DNA from: Balanoglossus misakiensis
Taxonomy: Eukaryota; Animalia; Hemichordata
Direction of reading: 5' to 3'
Assembly (NCBI GenBank): GCA_040954595.2
Contig: CM082592.2
Coordinates: forward strand, 3,674,735 to 3,738,734
DNA length: 64,000 bases
The notes below the pieces were generated by a model. The model was not told where the DNA came from, did no database searches, and saw only the letters and a list, made by a program, of their open reading frames with translations. The position numbers and the translations under genes were made by a program. Shown here piece after piece: positions 33,201 to 41,624 of the stretch. Numbering within the stretch: position 1 is the first letter of the stretch; each line of letters starts with the position of its first letter.

Positions 33201-33978
33201 TTTTAGCTAAATACCGATGTGCACCATAAGCGGTGTACGTGAAATTTTCGGATTTTACTCTGTGTGTGTGTTTGCTGGGGTTAGCGTCTGTTGATTTGGA
33301 ATGGTAAGATGTGGTTCCTGGAAAACTCCGCATACAAGAGAAACATACGGCCTTGCGCGTCAACACGCGACATATGGCATTTTTTTTTAAGTCGTACGCC
33401 ACATACAAATTTTTTGTAGAGTCTTTTTGCAACAAGAAGCCACCTCCTAGGACCAACATGTAGACGAGCCTATTGAACGTGGATGGTGGCAGGCTGCACG
33501 TCGACTTTGACCTGACATCTTTGTATATTGTTAACAGACTTTTGTACAATCTAAGCAGTTCGACGCAACATGGCGTGTCGCCTATTTTACTCTCACGAAC
33601 GGAGCACAATGTCTCGACGAATGCGTCGGTAAATCCACGTGCTAGAAATCTATTTTGGTCCGCAGCATGGACTATGAAACCATCGTCAAACCCCGTTGAG
33701 ATTATTCTATTTAACCTACACACGGGATTGGTGCTTGAAACCAGTTCGTCTTCTATCCTGTTAGTGGGTGTACACACCCTCTTGCCTATCTGGAGGTGAC
33801 TTTGCCCATCTTCATCGTCTGAATGTGAACATTCACTCTCATTGGGCCGTTTTCGAGAAATCTCCTCTGGACATTCCATTAAAGGTTCAAATGTTAATGC
33901 CCAAATACAAAACATAATTGCCCAAATACAAAACATTAGTATTAAGGTTTTATTATTATCAAATCTAGGTGACCACAT
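27238..33978 (-). CDS. Very large coiled-coil protein with Pro/Ser-rich repeats (large tegument-like)
   Basis: 2246-aa ORF: globular N-terminus, disordered S/T/P-rich middle and ~1000 aa of heptad-rich coiled coil. The real start may be the Met at 33879. Confidence 0.75.
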   Translation of the reverse strand: MWSPRFDNNKTLILMFCIWAIMFCIWALTFEPLMECPEEISRKRPNESECSHSDDEDGQSHLQIGKRVCTPTNRIEDELVSSTNPVCRLNRIISTGFDDGFIVHAADQNRFLARGFTDAFVETLCSVRESKIGDTPCCVELLRLYKSLLTIYKDVRSKSTCSLPPSTFNRLVYMLVLGGGFLLQKDSTKNLYVAYDLKKNAICRVLTRKAVCFSCMRSFPGTTSYHSKSTDANPSKHTHRVKSENFTYTAYGAHRYLAKNEDSFVVEGIEKVDLDRLENVCSVLLKYERGTMYHFFKYIEQDVKSQMPTFYIILSKHTLQLILSEIPNVWGVLSLYPYLWSHLCANCETILDLASDSHTNRNELLDLINGLFDDHQTKPHFLSTFPECLGTPDSINIPLFEQLRVAMHSAARALNSTFAQYKETSMDINFNQLFRSLARFIRIEKDVHNVLSGTLEQTALRELLADNATDDLPTLFGNNIQGTLKCGHTEGNLVAIVYGALCDTRFTEDRRYKTGRANAGILSDNDQRYVDFSNSQYENVLETDPSPRGFDDRVTDNTLDRYRDEYEYHPENIVNVEPAGEICQASLSELTEQYDDQSSDPIRVVDTDEQMTHTSDTASAISDVNQADSGGYSGLQELIHSEDVSELVQNVPTRVDGNGSDALSRKSTSSSNAQTPGDHPLEKIDNWEQFSSLVDTSTTDGVVFPPVSASTPLQITIPEETRTTLPLDSREDSKVTKHRDLSSLPTSSPASDSLVALPVPKPRTAPSTTAPFDDTITSLLQTVCPQDTSSGLDDLYSSPKQSRSSLVQRPVDTPDTLHPPRHASPKQSRPSLVEIPVDTPDTLHPPRHASPKQSRPSLVEIPVDTPDTLHTPKPQTMSPSLIHYTSNSNASVGEDPIFDIPLVSGTETDTLEDDLKSLTDYYEPIRLPRPRESGSRLSVNGELSEENCRTLRVSEGVNDGQTEQTSQTDAKQKIKSLLARIENLENDIEHLKADNEALITADKRNMQDMKGKLVCAENEAAKLVEEIGRIQAENKTLVLAKQRAVESAKQSLETVEAAKRELVVVENEKDTLSRDIERIQTEQNSLVEAKQREVDSMKQSLYAMEIAKQKLEIAENENGELTKRNVRTQEENRAKQRELDSMKQSLYAMEMAKQKLEIAENENGELTKRIVRTQEENRAKQRELESMRKSLDNIEAIKQKLQDDIERSNDESFNLIRNLERDIVDLNEDRRKLIETNGQLLERTREFERLVSEQNTSLSTRHDKHEETQQKLSDALKEIDALKDQLATATSKMNTIDSDLTDTSQHVKRVSSENAFTKELLHKEQAANEQLNHQIRRLETKLSALVSEKNQLQGDLNAQKVQHDTTRSNLKQDNERLQTELTDTRSVVDSLEHKLEIRENLLGERQSDIRKFETELEDVRLSLQHANETNSKQKEAEEKLQAQVTRLNIDCSKLRTEVFVSNKNAQAKIYQLSVENEQLQSNGRGKQSGSIDGETNRYMGEAKRLKAELHEKVMEYNQMRAEISKRTEQENAIREENDYLNKKIERFVHEKAVSEQNNQRQREKLQELNSQSLSDNKSLREFKEKESKTRREIDTLEMKVRQSVDTRNALKQQLDEANAEVDDLREEIETLKSDNQDMKAKAESTADITYKQIAQLRIERDMYQRDRDQLEDKVVVANEHVDALSKQHRQTETNNRQLRMDLESLRRQFDDTNSRFRNLRQENIQISRELGDKNTEITSTVKSNELQQKENAGLVSENEALRNKLLEQVELVARNNEDKIMQQREFEQKLNEIQLRLDDAIGDLNDWKRKANDLNDENSEFRTKLHSLETSFIQAEQRDSLNTRAFRDESRIGQGQDSDLSDSQSQAGSPEYYIARDRRMQEIASDKRLLENKVKVMEKSHTSQIAELRRHFENEIREQQKIIETRDKSLRELENAKGILGVRAIDSQASRIDPSGSQTSNIEQTVCLEVSSEHDLESLVNSLRKENKAIRQLSAERAAEIDRLKKAHDGCDKHEVTVRDLSRQLRESQDIVRYLQTQRDALKEAHRLRSKGVTIDAPCRDNYVDLAINGRPFVSFVSSAYRRLPSYTDSLFKNIMTDFFDPQPSFSVMLEEARQFMCYRDDNGHRDSELNKFSRVAAMCRGHATTKVATFYPVVIPHDPNTSTPTMFRLILLLGKTRNVKFVDRHDAMIPLCFVSTNEHLIDFTKGSAKYIVVTKSKRNLTTLVPYVKSMLSHNFDQNLNQITVK
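30425..30860 (-). repeat. ~135-bp (45-aa) coding tandem repeat in coiled coil
   Basis: AKQRELDSMKQSLYAMEMAKQKLEIAENENGELTKR... units at 135-bp spacing. Confidence 0.85.
31369..31589 (-). repeat. 78-bp (26-aa) coding tandem repeat x3
   Basis: SPKQSRPSLVEIPVDTPDTLHPPRHA units, with anchors at 31371, 31449 and 31527. Confidence 0.92.
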
Positions 33979-33979
33979 T

Positions 33980-35251
33980 ATGTGGACGAGGAGGCGGGCG
34001 AAATGGCGAGAGTTGATGGAAGAGAAATATCGAGTAAGGTGCGCGCGTCTGACTAGCCGAATCGGTATTACCTCCAGAACTGCTACGCACTATAACTTTC
34101 CCGCGGTAACTCGTCGCACTTCGAGATTAACACCCGTTCAAGATGCATATGTACAGACCAGGGATGTAGAAGTGACGCCGGCCTTACCTCCCCTGGGAAC
34201 AGATGTTGGCGTATCAGCAGGGCACACCATTACGGACGGTTTGATACGAGACTCCACCCCACAAACCCATACACAATCGGACAGGCGATTACAACAAGCA
34301 TCACCTGTTTCTACCACTAGGGTGCAAGACAGGTGTTCGCACTTGACCAGTACACCAACTTCAGAAACTAATTCGATTACGATACCGGAGAGCAATGATG
34401 GGATACATGTCGTTTATTCACAATTTGCCAATGCACAGGTACCCGACCAGGCCGAGAGAATTAACAAAACTGCGCTTGGTGTTATGGATAGTTCAATACA
34501 CACCCCAAATCAACAATCAGTCAGAACATGGACGAGGCATCCGCCAACAAACCAGACAGATCGTTCCATTGCATCGTCAACGTCACCAGTAGACAATCAT
34601 ACAATAAATGAAGGGAGTCTCCCGCGGACGCCACCCAGACATAAGAATTCGGGTAAATCAAAACAAAAGACCAAAATCGGAATTGTTGGTAAAAAAAGAA
34701 ATAATAAGAAAATAATATATGATAATCACGGCAACCAATATTTGCTATTGCAAGTCAGTGGGGTTGCCGACGCCTGTTTTTATCGATGCTGCGTTATTGC
34801 ATCTGATACAACACTCCTACAAAAGTACCTATCCGGTCATATCCAACCTCATCATTTAGAAGATACGGTGGAGACTGGTGTGCCGAACCTAAGAATAAAA
34901 ATGGCCAATCACATGGACGGTTGGCCCAGCGATCGAATTTTGCCAGAATTCGGAGTCGACATTTTGCGAGAGGGCGGGTTTCGTTCACTCGCTGACAGGT
35001 CCGAAAGTCTCAGAGGGACGTATCCACACTGCGCTTCTACCATCGAGATCATGTGCGCCAGTGAAGTGTTAAATAGACCTATTCGGTTGTTCCAGAAGTC
35101 ACTTAACGATGAAGATGCTGTGGTTGAATGTCTGAATACCTGCAGCCGCCTTCCTAATGAGAGTGGTTGTGCCACTCCAATAAATATCCTGTACCGTTAC
35201 TTTGGACCTGATGATCCAGGCAATCATTTCGACTTACTAATCAAGCAATAA
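33980..35251 (+). CDS. OTU-family deubiquitinase with disordered N-terminus
   Basis: C-terminal domain VSGVADACFYRC (catalytic Cys), ASTIEIMCASEVLNRPIRLF and NHFDLL (catalytic His). Confidence 0.8.
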   Translation: MWTRRRAKWRELMEEKYRVRCARLTSRIGITSRTATHYNFPAVTRRTSRLTPVQDAYVQTRDVEVTPALPPLGTDVGVSAGHTITDGLIRDSTPQTHTQSDRRLQQASPVSTTRVQDRCSHLTSTPTSETNSITIPESNDGIHVVYSQFANAQVPDQAERINKTALGVMDSSIHTPNQQSVRTWTRHPPTNQTDRSIASSTSPVDNHTINEGSLPRTPPRHKNSGKSKQKTKIGIVGKKRNNKKIIYDNHGNQYLLLQVSGVADACFYRCCVIASDTTLLQKYLSGHIQPHHLEDTVETGVPNLRIKMANHMDGWPSDRILPEFGVDILREGGFRSLADRSESLRGTYPHCASTIEIMCASEVLNRPIRLFQKSLNDEDAVVECLNTCSRLPNESGCATPINILYRYFGPDDPGNHFDLLIKQ

Positions 35252-35575
35252 ACCACTTAATACAGTGTTGTAATTTTATTATATTTTCATGAGGTATTGA
35301 TGTATATGGGATTTTATAATTTAATGCACAAGCAGATCCAATAAAGAATTACAGCATAGTTCTAACGCTTGTTGTGTATATTGGATTTATACACCTCACC
35401 GACTTCATCATATCAACACAACTGTGTTGTAATAAGAACTACACACATATTATAAATCATGACACATATAACTCCATTTTATGTGCGTGTGTATGTCCAA
35501 CGCAGCGAGCCATCGTTTTGAGAAGTACACTTTATTTGTAAACTCAATTCATTGAAACCACAGACATTCCAATAA

Positions 35576-36419
35576 CTACAGTGCTGAAGTACAATATGCC
35601 CAAAAACTATTGAACATGCCTGAGATGTCACTATTGAAGCATGCCTGGGTATGATATGAGACATCATTGAGCTCTTGGACCAAACTCTCCATCATCTCAC
35701 TCAGGTCCGCGGAAACATACTCCAAATGTTGACGTATGTCCATTTCCGAGCTATGATAATCACTGCGCACGGGTACGCAATAATTGCGCCTGAGACCATC
35801 TAATAACGCAATAACTGCGAAACACATCTTTTCACGGTGTGTGCTCTGGATCGCGTGCTTCCTGTGATGATCATTGACAACTCTGTACATTTCGATTAAG
35901 AGTGGGCGGAACAGGGACTTGTACACCTCTTCCATCTCTCCAGTATCCATATACATGGCACAATAATCATCTATTTGTTCTAAAACACCTTGGTTGATAG
36001 CACTCTGTTGAATTGCGTCTAGTTGCTCTAAGTCTGGAAGGTTGCAATCTCGCAAAAGTCTGTCCCATGGTACAAAACTTGACGTACAACCATTGACATC
36101 CACGCGCCATATGTCGCCAACTGCAACGAGAGCAAGCGATATACAGTGAAACCGACCACAGGTGACAAAATATCACGAACGAGATGAGTTTGTGTCAGCG
36201 AGAACATGCATTCAACTACTTACGAAATTGGTAGATTTTTCCATCTGATGCACAGATGCGCGACTTTTCTAGTAAATCGTCCAGTGATATACATTCAGCT
36301 GTATATACTGTCTTCACACGCATATGTAGCTCCCCTATTCGGGCAAGGGCATCAGTCGTTGTGATGTTATCGCTCTGAGTGTACCCGTATTCGCAGACGC
36401 CATTCGAGTCGAAGTCCAT
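35576..36419 (-). CDS. Spliced hypothetical protein, 246 aa (exons 36419-36224 and 36120-35576)
   Basis: GTAAGT donor at 36223 and CTCTCGTTGCAG acceptor at 36121. The 103-nt phase-1 intron joins two listed ORFs in frame (..IYQF-L-GDIWRVDVNG..). Confidence 0.7.
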
Positions 36420-36756
36420 CAGCGTTTCATCTCCATTAGTTTGCCAACTGAAAGCGAGCTTGTATCTCCTTGCTATTCAGTGTCTGTCCTGGTGAATACT
36501 GCGATGACCACTTGCATTAGTCGTACTGACATAATCTATTTATAAGAACCACATCGCATGCATATAAAACATATCACATAGCGCCAAATACTATGCTGTC
36601 AGTGTTAGTCGAGTGGACCTCGGATTTAATTGACGTGTCATCTGTGATATCACTATTTCGGGGAGTGAACATTAATTGTGTCACCGTCTTGTAATCTTGG
36701 ATGTCACCGTTTCACTTGGTGTATAATTACCTTGTGTCAGTTTATTGTAAATAAGA

Positions 36757-38105
36757 TGAACTGTCGTAATTCAGGAATCGATGTCCAAGGGCTGATAACT
36801 ACAGCACCGGCGTTAGTATCCACAATGCTTGACAAACGTATCTCTTTGGAGTACACTACCAGCAATGGCTCAAGTAACGTTATTATTGTCGATGAAGCCA
36901 GACTGGAAAAAATGTCACCCCCTTTGTTCGCTCAAACTTCATGGCCCCACGGACACTCGTGTAAAAAGGCCAAAGTCACCACTGCAATTGCCCCAGATGG
37001 AGAGAGAGTACGATCGCTTATGTTGGCACCTAGTACTTACATAAGCCAAGATTATGTCGATCACTTTGGACATTTAATGGACTTCATCTCTGAATCAAAG
37101 GTTGGCCTGCGCTTATCCGACATACATTGGGGTTGCATTCAACTCGCTGACTTTCTGCAGGTCACGTATTATTTAGAACATGTCCTAAAAACTATGGATC
37201 GCTTGTTGTTTGTATCACCGGGCGAAAAAACAAATTCATTTTATGGAGCCCTTGGAGACATATTAGTGGCTATCGAAAGATTATCACTGAATGATATTCC
37301 CTATTTTGTCGAACTGCGAGATTCGGTGGGTGATGAGCTGTTTGCCGGATGTCGTTGGCGACGCATGTGCTCGTGCAATAGCCTGTTGGAGAACACGGGG
37401 TTCAACGGGCTCCCCTTTCAGCTTCACGTACACACTCCCTTTAATGAAGAAACATTTTGGCGTCGCCTTGAAAACTGTAGAGCTATACGGGCAATTGACC
37501 ATCAGTCTTCAGACTCTCTTGACACGAGGTTGACGCCTGCGTTGCGTTTTCTCTCGTCGCACAACGACCGTAGATTGGCATTTGACATGCTCGTCCACTT
37601 TGTCTTAGCTAAACAGGCCTCCATGGACGATTATGCGACACTATGTGAAATCATGTGTAATTTGTGCGCAAAGGAGAGGCGAAAGGATGTCGCATTACGC
37701 AGACTTCGTATCATCGAGCGCATGTTTAACTACAAATTTCGATTTTACCAGAAAGAGACAGCAGCCGTGGTCGACGTTATTTCTACTATGCTCACTGAAG
37801 TGTCACGTGCATACGACGCACGAACGGGCGATACTCAAACAAAGTGCCACAACTGCGCTACCTCTTTCGATAAGGCTGTCGTCACCCCTTCCAAGTGTAA
37901 AGTCTGTGACACAATGACATGCGAACTATGTAAAGACCGATGTATGTTGTGTAAGCAGGAAACTTGTCTCCCTTGTGGCAAGTTTGTTGCCTTCAAGACG
38001 GAGAGAGGGGATGCATTCTATTCCGAGTATAACGTGTCACCCGCATTCCGTAGTAGTTATCCAGCGTTCTGCATTGACTGCGCCTTGAACAAATATGAAC
38101 AATGA
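36757..38105 (+). CDS. BTB-like protein with C-terminal Siva-like Cys-rich domain (paralog B)
   Basis: IQLADFLQVTYYLEHV; WRRMCSC; RRLRIIERMFNY; CHNC..CKVC-x4-CELC-x3-CMLC-x4-CLPC..CIDC. First ATG (MNCRNS) used as start. Confidence 0.65.
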
Positions 38106-38244
38106 AAAGATGACACATGTATCGAGGGTAAACCCACAGACTGGAATGTCTCACCTGCGTCCCATACGCATTTTTGTCGTATGTTTTGTAAGAAGACAGA
38201 CAGTGTATATTTTGTACTTGACGTTTATTTATCACCTTTTGTTA

Positions 38245-38670
38245 CATTAAAAAATAACATAATTGTATCGGCAGTATTAACGTCGTCTTGTTTTTTATTG
38301 TATGCGGGGGGGGGGGGTGGTACAACCAAACCACACAGTTTAAAATCCATATCAATTGTAAGACAACCAGTGTAAATTTTGTACGCTACATTCATTGATC
38401 AATATTTGTTGAACAACAAAAAATAACATAATTGTATTGTCTGTCTTATAGTCGCTTTGTTTTCTATTGTATGTGAAGGGGGGGGGGTACAACCAGACCA
38501 CACAGTTTAAAATCCATATCAAGTGTAAGACAACCAGTGTAAATTTTGTACGCTACATTCATTGATCAATATTTGTTGCATTAAAAAAAGATAACATAAT
38601 TGTATTGGCTGTCTTAACGTCGTTTTTTTCTGTATTTTACGCGAAGGGGGGGGGGGAGGCACAGCCAAAC
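38245..38670. repeat. ~169-bp tandem repeat (2.5 copies) with G-tracts between convergent genes
   Basis: The anchor ataacataattgtat occurs at 38254, 38423 and 38591, each followed by a poly-G run. Confidence 0.9.
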
Positions 38671-38677
38671 TCTATAG

Positions 38678-39697
38678 TTAAAACTCAATATCAGTAGTAA
38701 ACTTATGATCTTCTTTGTTTCCAGAGCCAAACTTTCGATATTCGCTGACTCTTCTTTCGAAAAAGTTTGTTTTTCCATCAAGAGCGATGTTTTCCATAAA
38801 GGGAAAGGGATTGTCTACTTTATACAGTTTATCCACGCCCAATTCTCCAAGTAATCTGTCCGCCACAAATTCCACGTATTGTTTCATTTTGTTGGCATTC
38901 ATCCCGAGCAAGGGTTCTGGAAGGCTTTCGTCGACAAATACCTTCTCGATCTCAGTACCTTCTTTTACAATGTCAATAACTGTGTCCTCGGGGGGTTTGT
39001 CTCGAAGAGGTAATTTATGGTACATGAGACAAGCAAAATCGCAATGTAATCCCTCGTCACGACTGATTAACTCATTAGAATGACACAGACCGGGTAGAAA
39101 CCCCTTTTGCTTTAACCAAAATATACCGGCGAAAGCCGAAGAAAATAGAACCCCTTCGACCACGGCAAACGCCACCAGTCTAGTAGCGAAAGTAGACGCC
39201 TCGTCTTCAATCCACTTTGAGATCCATTTTGCCTTTAGATTAATACTCGGTACGGTTAATACAGCATTAAAGAGTCTTTGTTGCTCTTGGCTGTTCTCGG
39301 CGTAAGTCTCTATTAAGAGTTTGTACATCTCCGAATGAATGTTTTCCATTGCTGTTTGAAAGTCGTAGAAATATTGGGCTTCCAATATGGTCACTTCACG
39401 AGAGAATCTATTGACTAAATTCTCGGAGACTATCATATCGCTACTCGCAAAAAAGGCTAAGATCATTTTCACGTACATTTGCTGTGTCTCTGTCATGAGT
39501 TTCCACGTCATCAAATCTTTACTAGTATCTACTTCACCTGGGACCCAGTAGGAAGACTTAGCCTTCTCATACATGTCCCACAGGTCATGGTGTTCAATAT
39601 CTCTGACACAAAACCGACGGAGGTCTATGGTTTTATTCGTTCCCTTAGATACAGCTATTTTTGACTGTACCTCACGGAGGATATTTGTCGCGTCCAT
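38678..39697 (-). CDS. RRM2: Ribonucleotide reductase small subunit (class Ia R2)
   Basis: FFASSD..ENL, MENIHSEMY, VEGVLFSSAF, ISRDEGLHCDFAC and KTNFFERRVSEY. Confidence 0.98.
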   Translation of the reverse strand: MDATNILREVQSKIAVSKGTNKTIDLRRFCVRDIEHHDLWDMYEKAKSSYWVPGEVDTSKDLMTWKLMTETQQMYVKMILAFFASSDMIVSENLVNRFSREVTILEAQYFYDFQTAMENIHSEMYKLLIETYAENSQEQQRLFNAVLTVPSINLKAKWISKWIEDEASTFATRLVAFAVVEGVLFSSAFAGIFWLKQKGFLPGLCHSNELISRDEGLHCDFACLMYHKLPLRDKPPEDTVIDIVKEGTEIEKVFVDESLPEPLLGMNANKMKQYVEFVADRLLGELGVDKLYKVDNPFPFMENIALDGKTNFFERRVSEYRKFGSGNKEDHKFTTDIEF

Positions 39698-39930
39698 GTA
39701 ATCGGTTCACAAAAAGACATATGATAAACTGGCCGTTATCTTCAATTATTTATACGTTCATGAAAACAGAATCACAACAAACATAATTCACATGTGTTGC
39801 GTATGTATAGTAATGTCGTAAATGAAGTGACCGTTTGATATTTTCTTCAGGGACGCGGTTGAGAACCAATGTACATGGTTTGTGCCCAGACGCAATTGGT
39901 TAGTACACCACCCTTTTATTCAATCACTTA

Positions 39931-40734
39931 GGCTGCATTCACAAACACCTCTGGAGGGGGGGGGGCGGGAGAATTCAATTTTTTTTACCGCTAATTTTCA
40001 CATGCCCCCCTTCCGAACTGCCAATATTTTCAACCCCCCCCCCCTTCCGAACTGCCAAAGTTTTGAAATCCCCCCATTGTCTTTCACAGAGCAAAACACA
40101 TCACCTATCTATCTTGTAAAAAGAAAAACAGCGCTCCCATGAAAAGAATTTGAAACTGATGTTTCCCCTCATCAGTGGGTATTAAAACTGAACATTTTTT
40201 TTATTTGTTAAGTACATATATTTGTATTCTGTGTTGGGAGAATTTGTAAACCGAGAATTGAAGGGGGTGGGTTTGGGAGGGGGTGTCCCCCTCCCACGTA
40301 AGAAAATTTTCTAAAATACAGAGCTCAAAGCTGCATTTTAAGGAACCCGGCAAAAGCAAATTAACTCAACTACCGGTTTGTTGGGGAGGACAAATTTAAC
40401 CGTCGCCGAGCAAAGTTATCATGGGGTGGGGGCAAGTCCCCTGACCTGGGTCACTAGATAAACCAGTCAATGATTGAAAGGTGTTGATGAATTGAGGGGG
40501 TGGGTGTGGCAGGAGGTTTCCCCCTCCCACATTAGAAAATTTTGTAAAATAAAGGGCGCGAAACTGCATTTTTGTGGACTCAAAATAAATATTTAGTCGT
40601 CAAAGTTTTCAAGTCCCCCCCCCCCTTTCAGTCCCTAAATTATTTCAAACCCCCCCCTCACATACCCTCAATTTTTTCAAACCCCCCCCTTAATTCTCCT
40701 GCCCCCCCCTCCAGAGGTGTTTGTGAATGCAGTC
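39931..40734. mobile_element. Tourist-like MITE (PIF/Harbinger superfamily), 804 bp
   Basis: TIRs G(G/A)CTGCATTCACAAACACCTCTGGAGGGGGGG..GGAGAATT at both ends. TTA flanks at 39928-39930 and 40735-40737. Non-coding interior with G/C homopolymers. Confidence 0.9.
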
Positions 40735-40961
40735 TTAGAAGGGGTTCATTACATCAATTTGTGACAAAGAAGAGAAGATACACAGTTCACATCGTGCGTT
40801 TCATGATGTTTATTACTTTCCGTACTCGGACCTTGTAGAACCAGCAACCGGATACGACACCACCGTCGGCTCGTGGGAGTTCTACCAATTATAATATATA
40901 AGTATAAGAACAACAGATAAACGCCTTATCGATATTGAGGCTTTTACATCCGCGGAAGACG

Positions 40962-41504
40962 ATGTCTGCGTGCAAACAGCTAACGGGCAACATACACGAT
41001 CGACGTCCGGAACTATCCAGTCTGTTGCTGCAAGTATTGAAAGGTGCTGACAGGGATCATTTGAGTGACATGAATAGCGGTAAACATGTAAAGCTCTATC
41101 GCAGACTGGTCTCCATACAACCGAACCATCACGAGGTGTCTCACGGTGTATATGTCCTACTCAGTTTAGCATTGAGGCGTGACATGCACCATGAACTAGA
41201 ATTGATAAGTTACATATGCTCGGAATGGTTACGGTTGTATAAGGTAAAGGTATCAGCCAACACCCTTCACAACATGTACCATCGTGTTATTGAAACCGTT
41301 GCCAAGAGTAATTTGGCGGATGCGACGTTGTGTACCAGTGTAAGACCCACAGAATCGTGCGACGGTGAAGCTGTGGCATATTTTATACTTCGGTCATTGT
41401 ACGCACTTGTGGAAGTACCAGCAGGTATGATGCTTGACTCGCTCAAAACTGGTAAGGAGCAACTGTGGCATCGCAAGGCGTGTACGATATGTAGTCAATT
41501 GTAG
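40962..41504 (+). CDS. Hypothetical protein
   Basis: ORF from MSACKQ, downstream of a TATA-rich block at ~40890. Confidence 0.55.
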   Translation: MSACKQLTGNIHDRRPELSSLLLQVLKGADRDHLSDMNSGKHVKLYRRLVSIQPNHHEVSHGVYVLLSLALRRDMHHELELISYICSEWLRLYKVKVSANTLHNMYHRVIETVAKSNLADATLCTSVRPTESCDGEAVAYFILRSLYALVEVPAGMMLDSLKTGKEQLWHRKACTICSQL

Positions 41505-41624
41505 GTCTTTGTGTTGCGCCATCGACGGAAAGAGCAAACATTATGTGATGCGACTATTGGTGATGTCTACACAACCCGTCGATAGCCTGTCCGGCAATAT
41601 AAAATCAGTAGACGTCCATCACAT

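Noticed and set aside
27293-33800. Many plus-strand ORFs antisense to the 2246-aa gene, and alternative-frame ORFs over the repeat arrays at 31335-32030 and 42308-42942
   Set aside because: Shadow ORFs expected opposite coiled-coil codons and across stop-free repeats.
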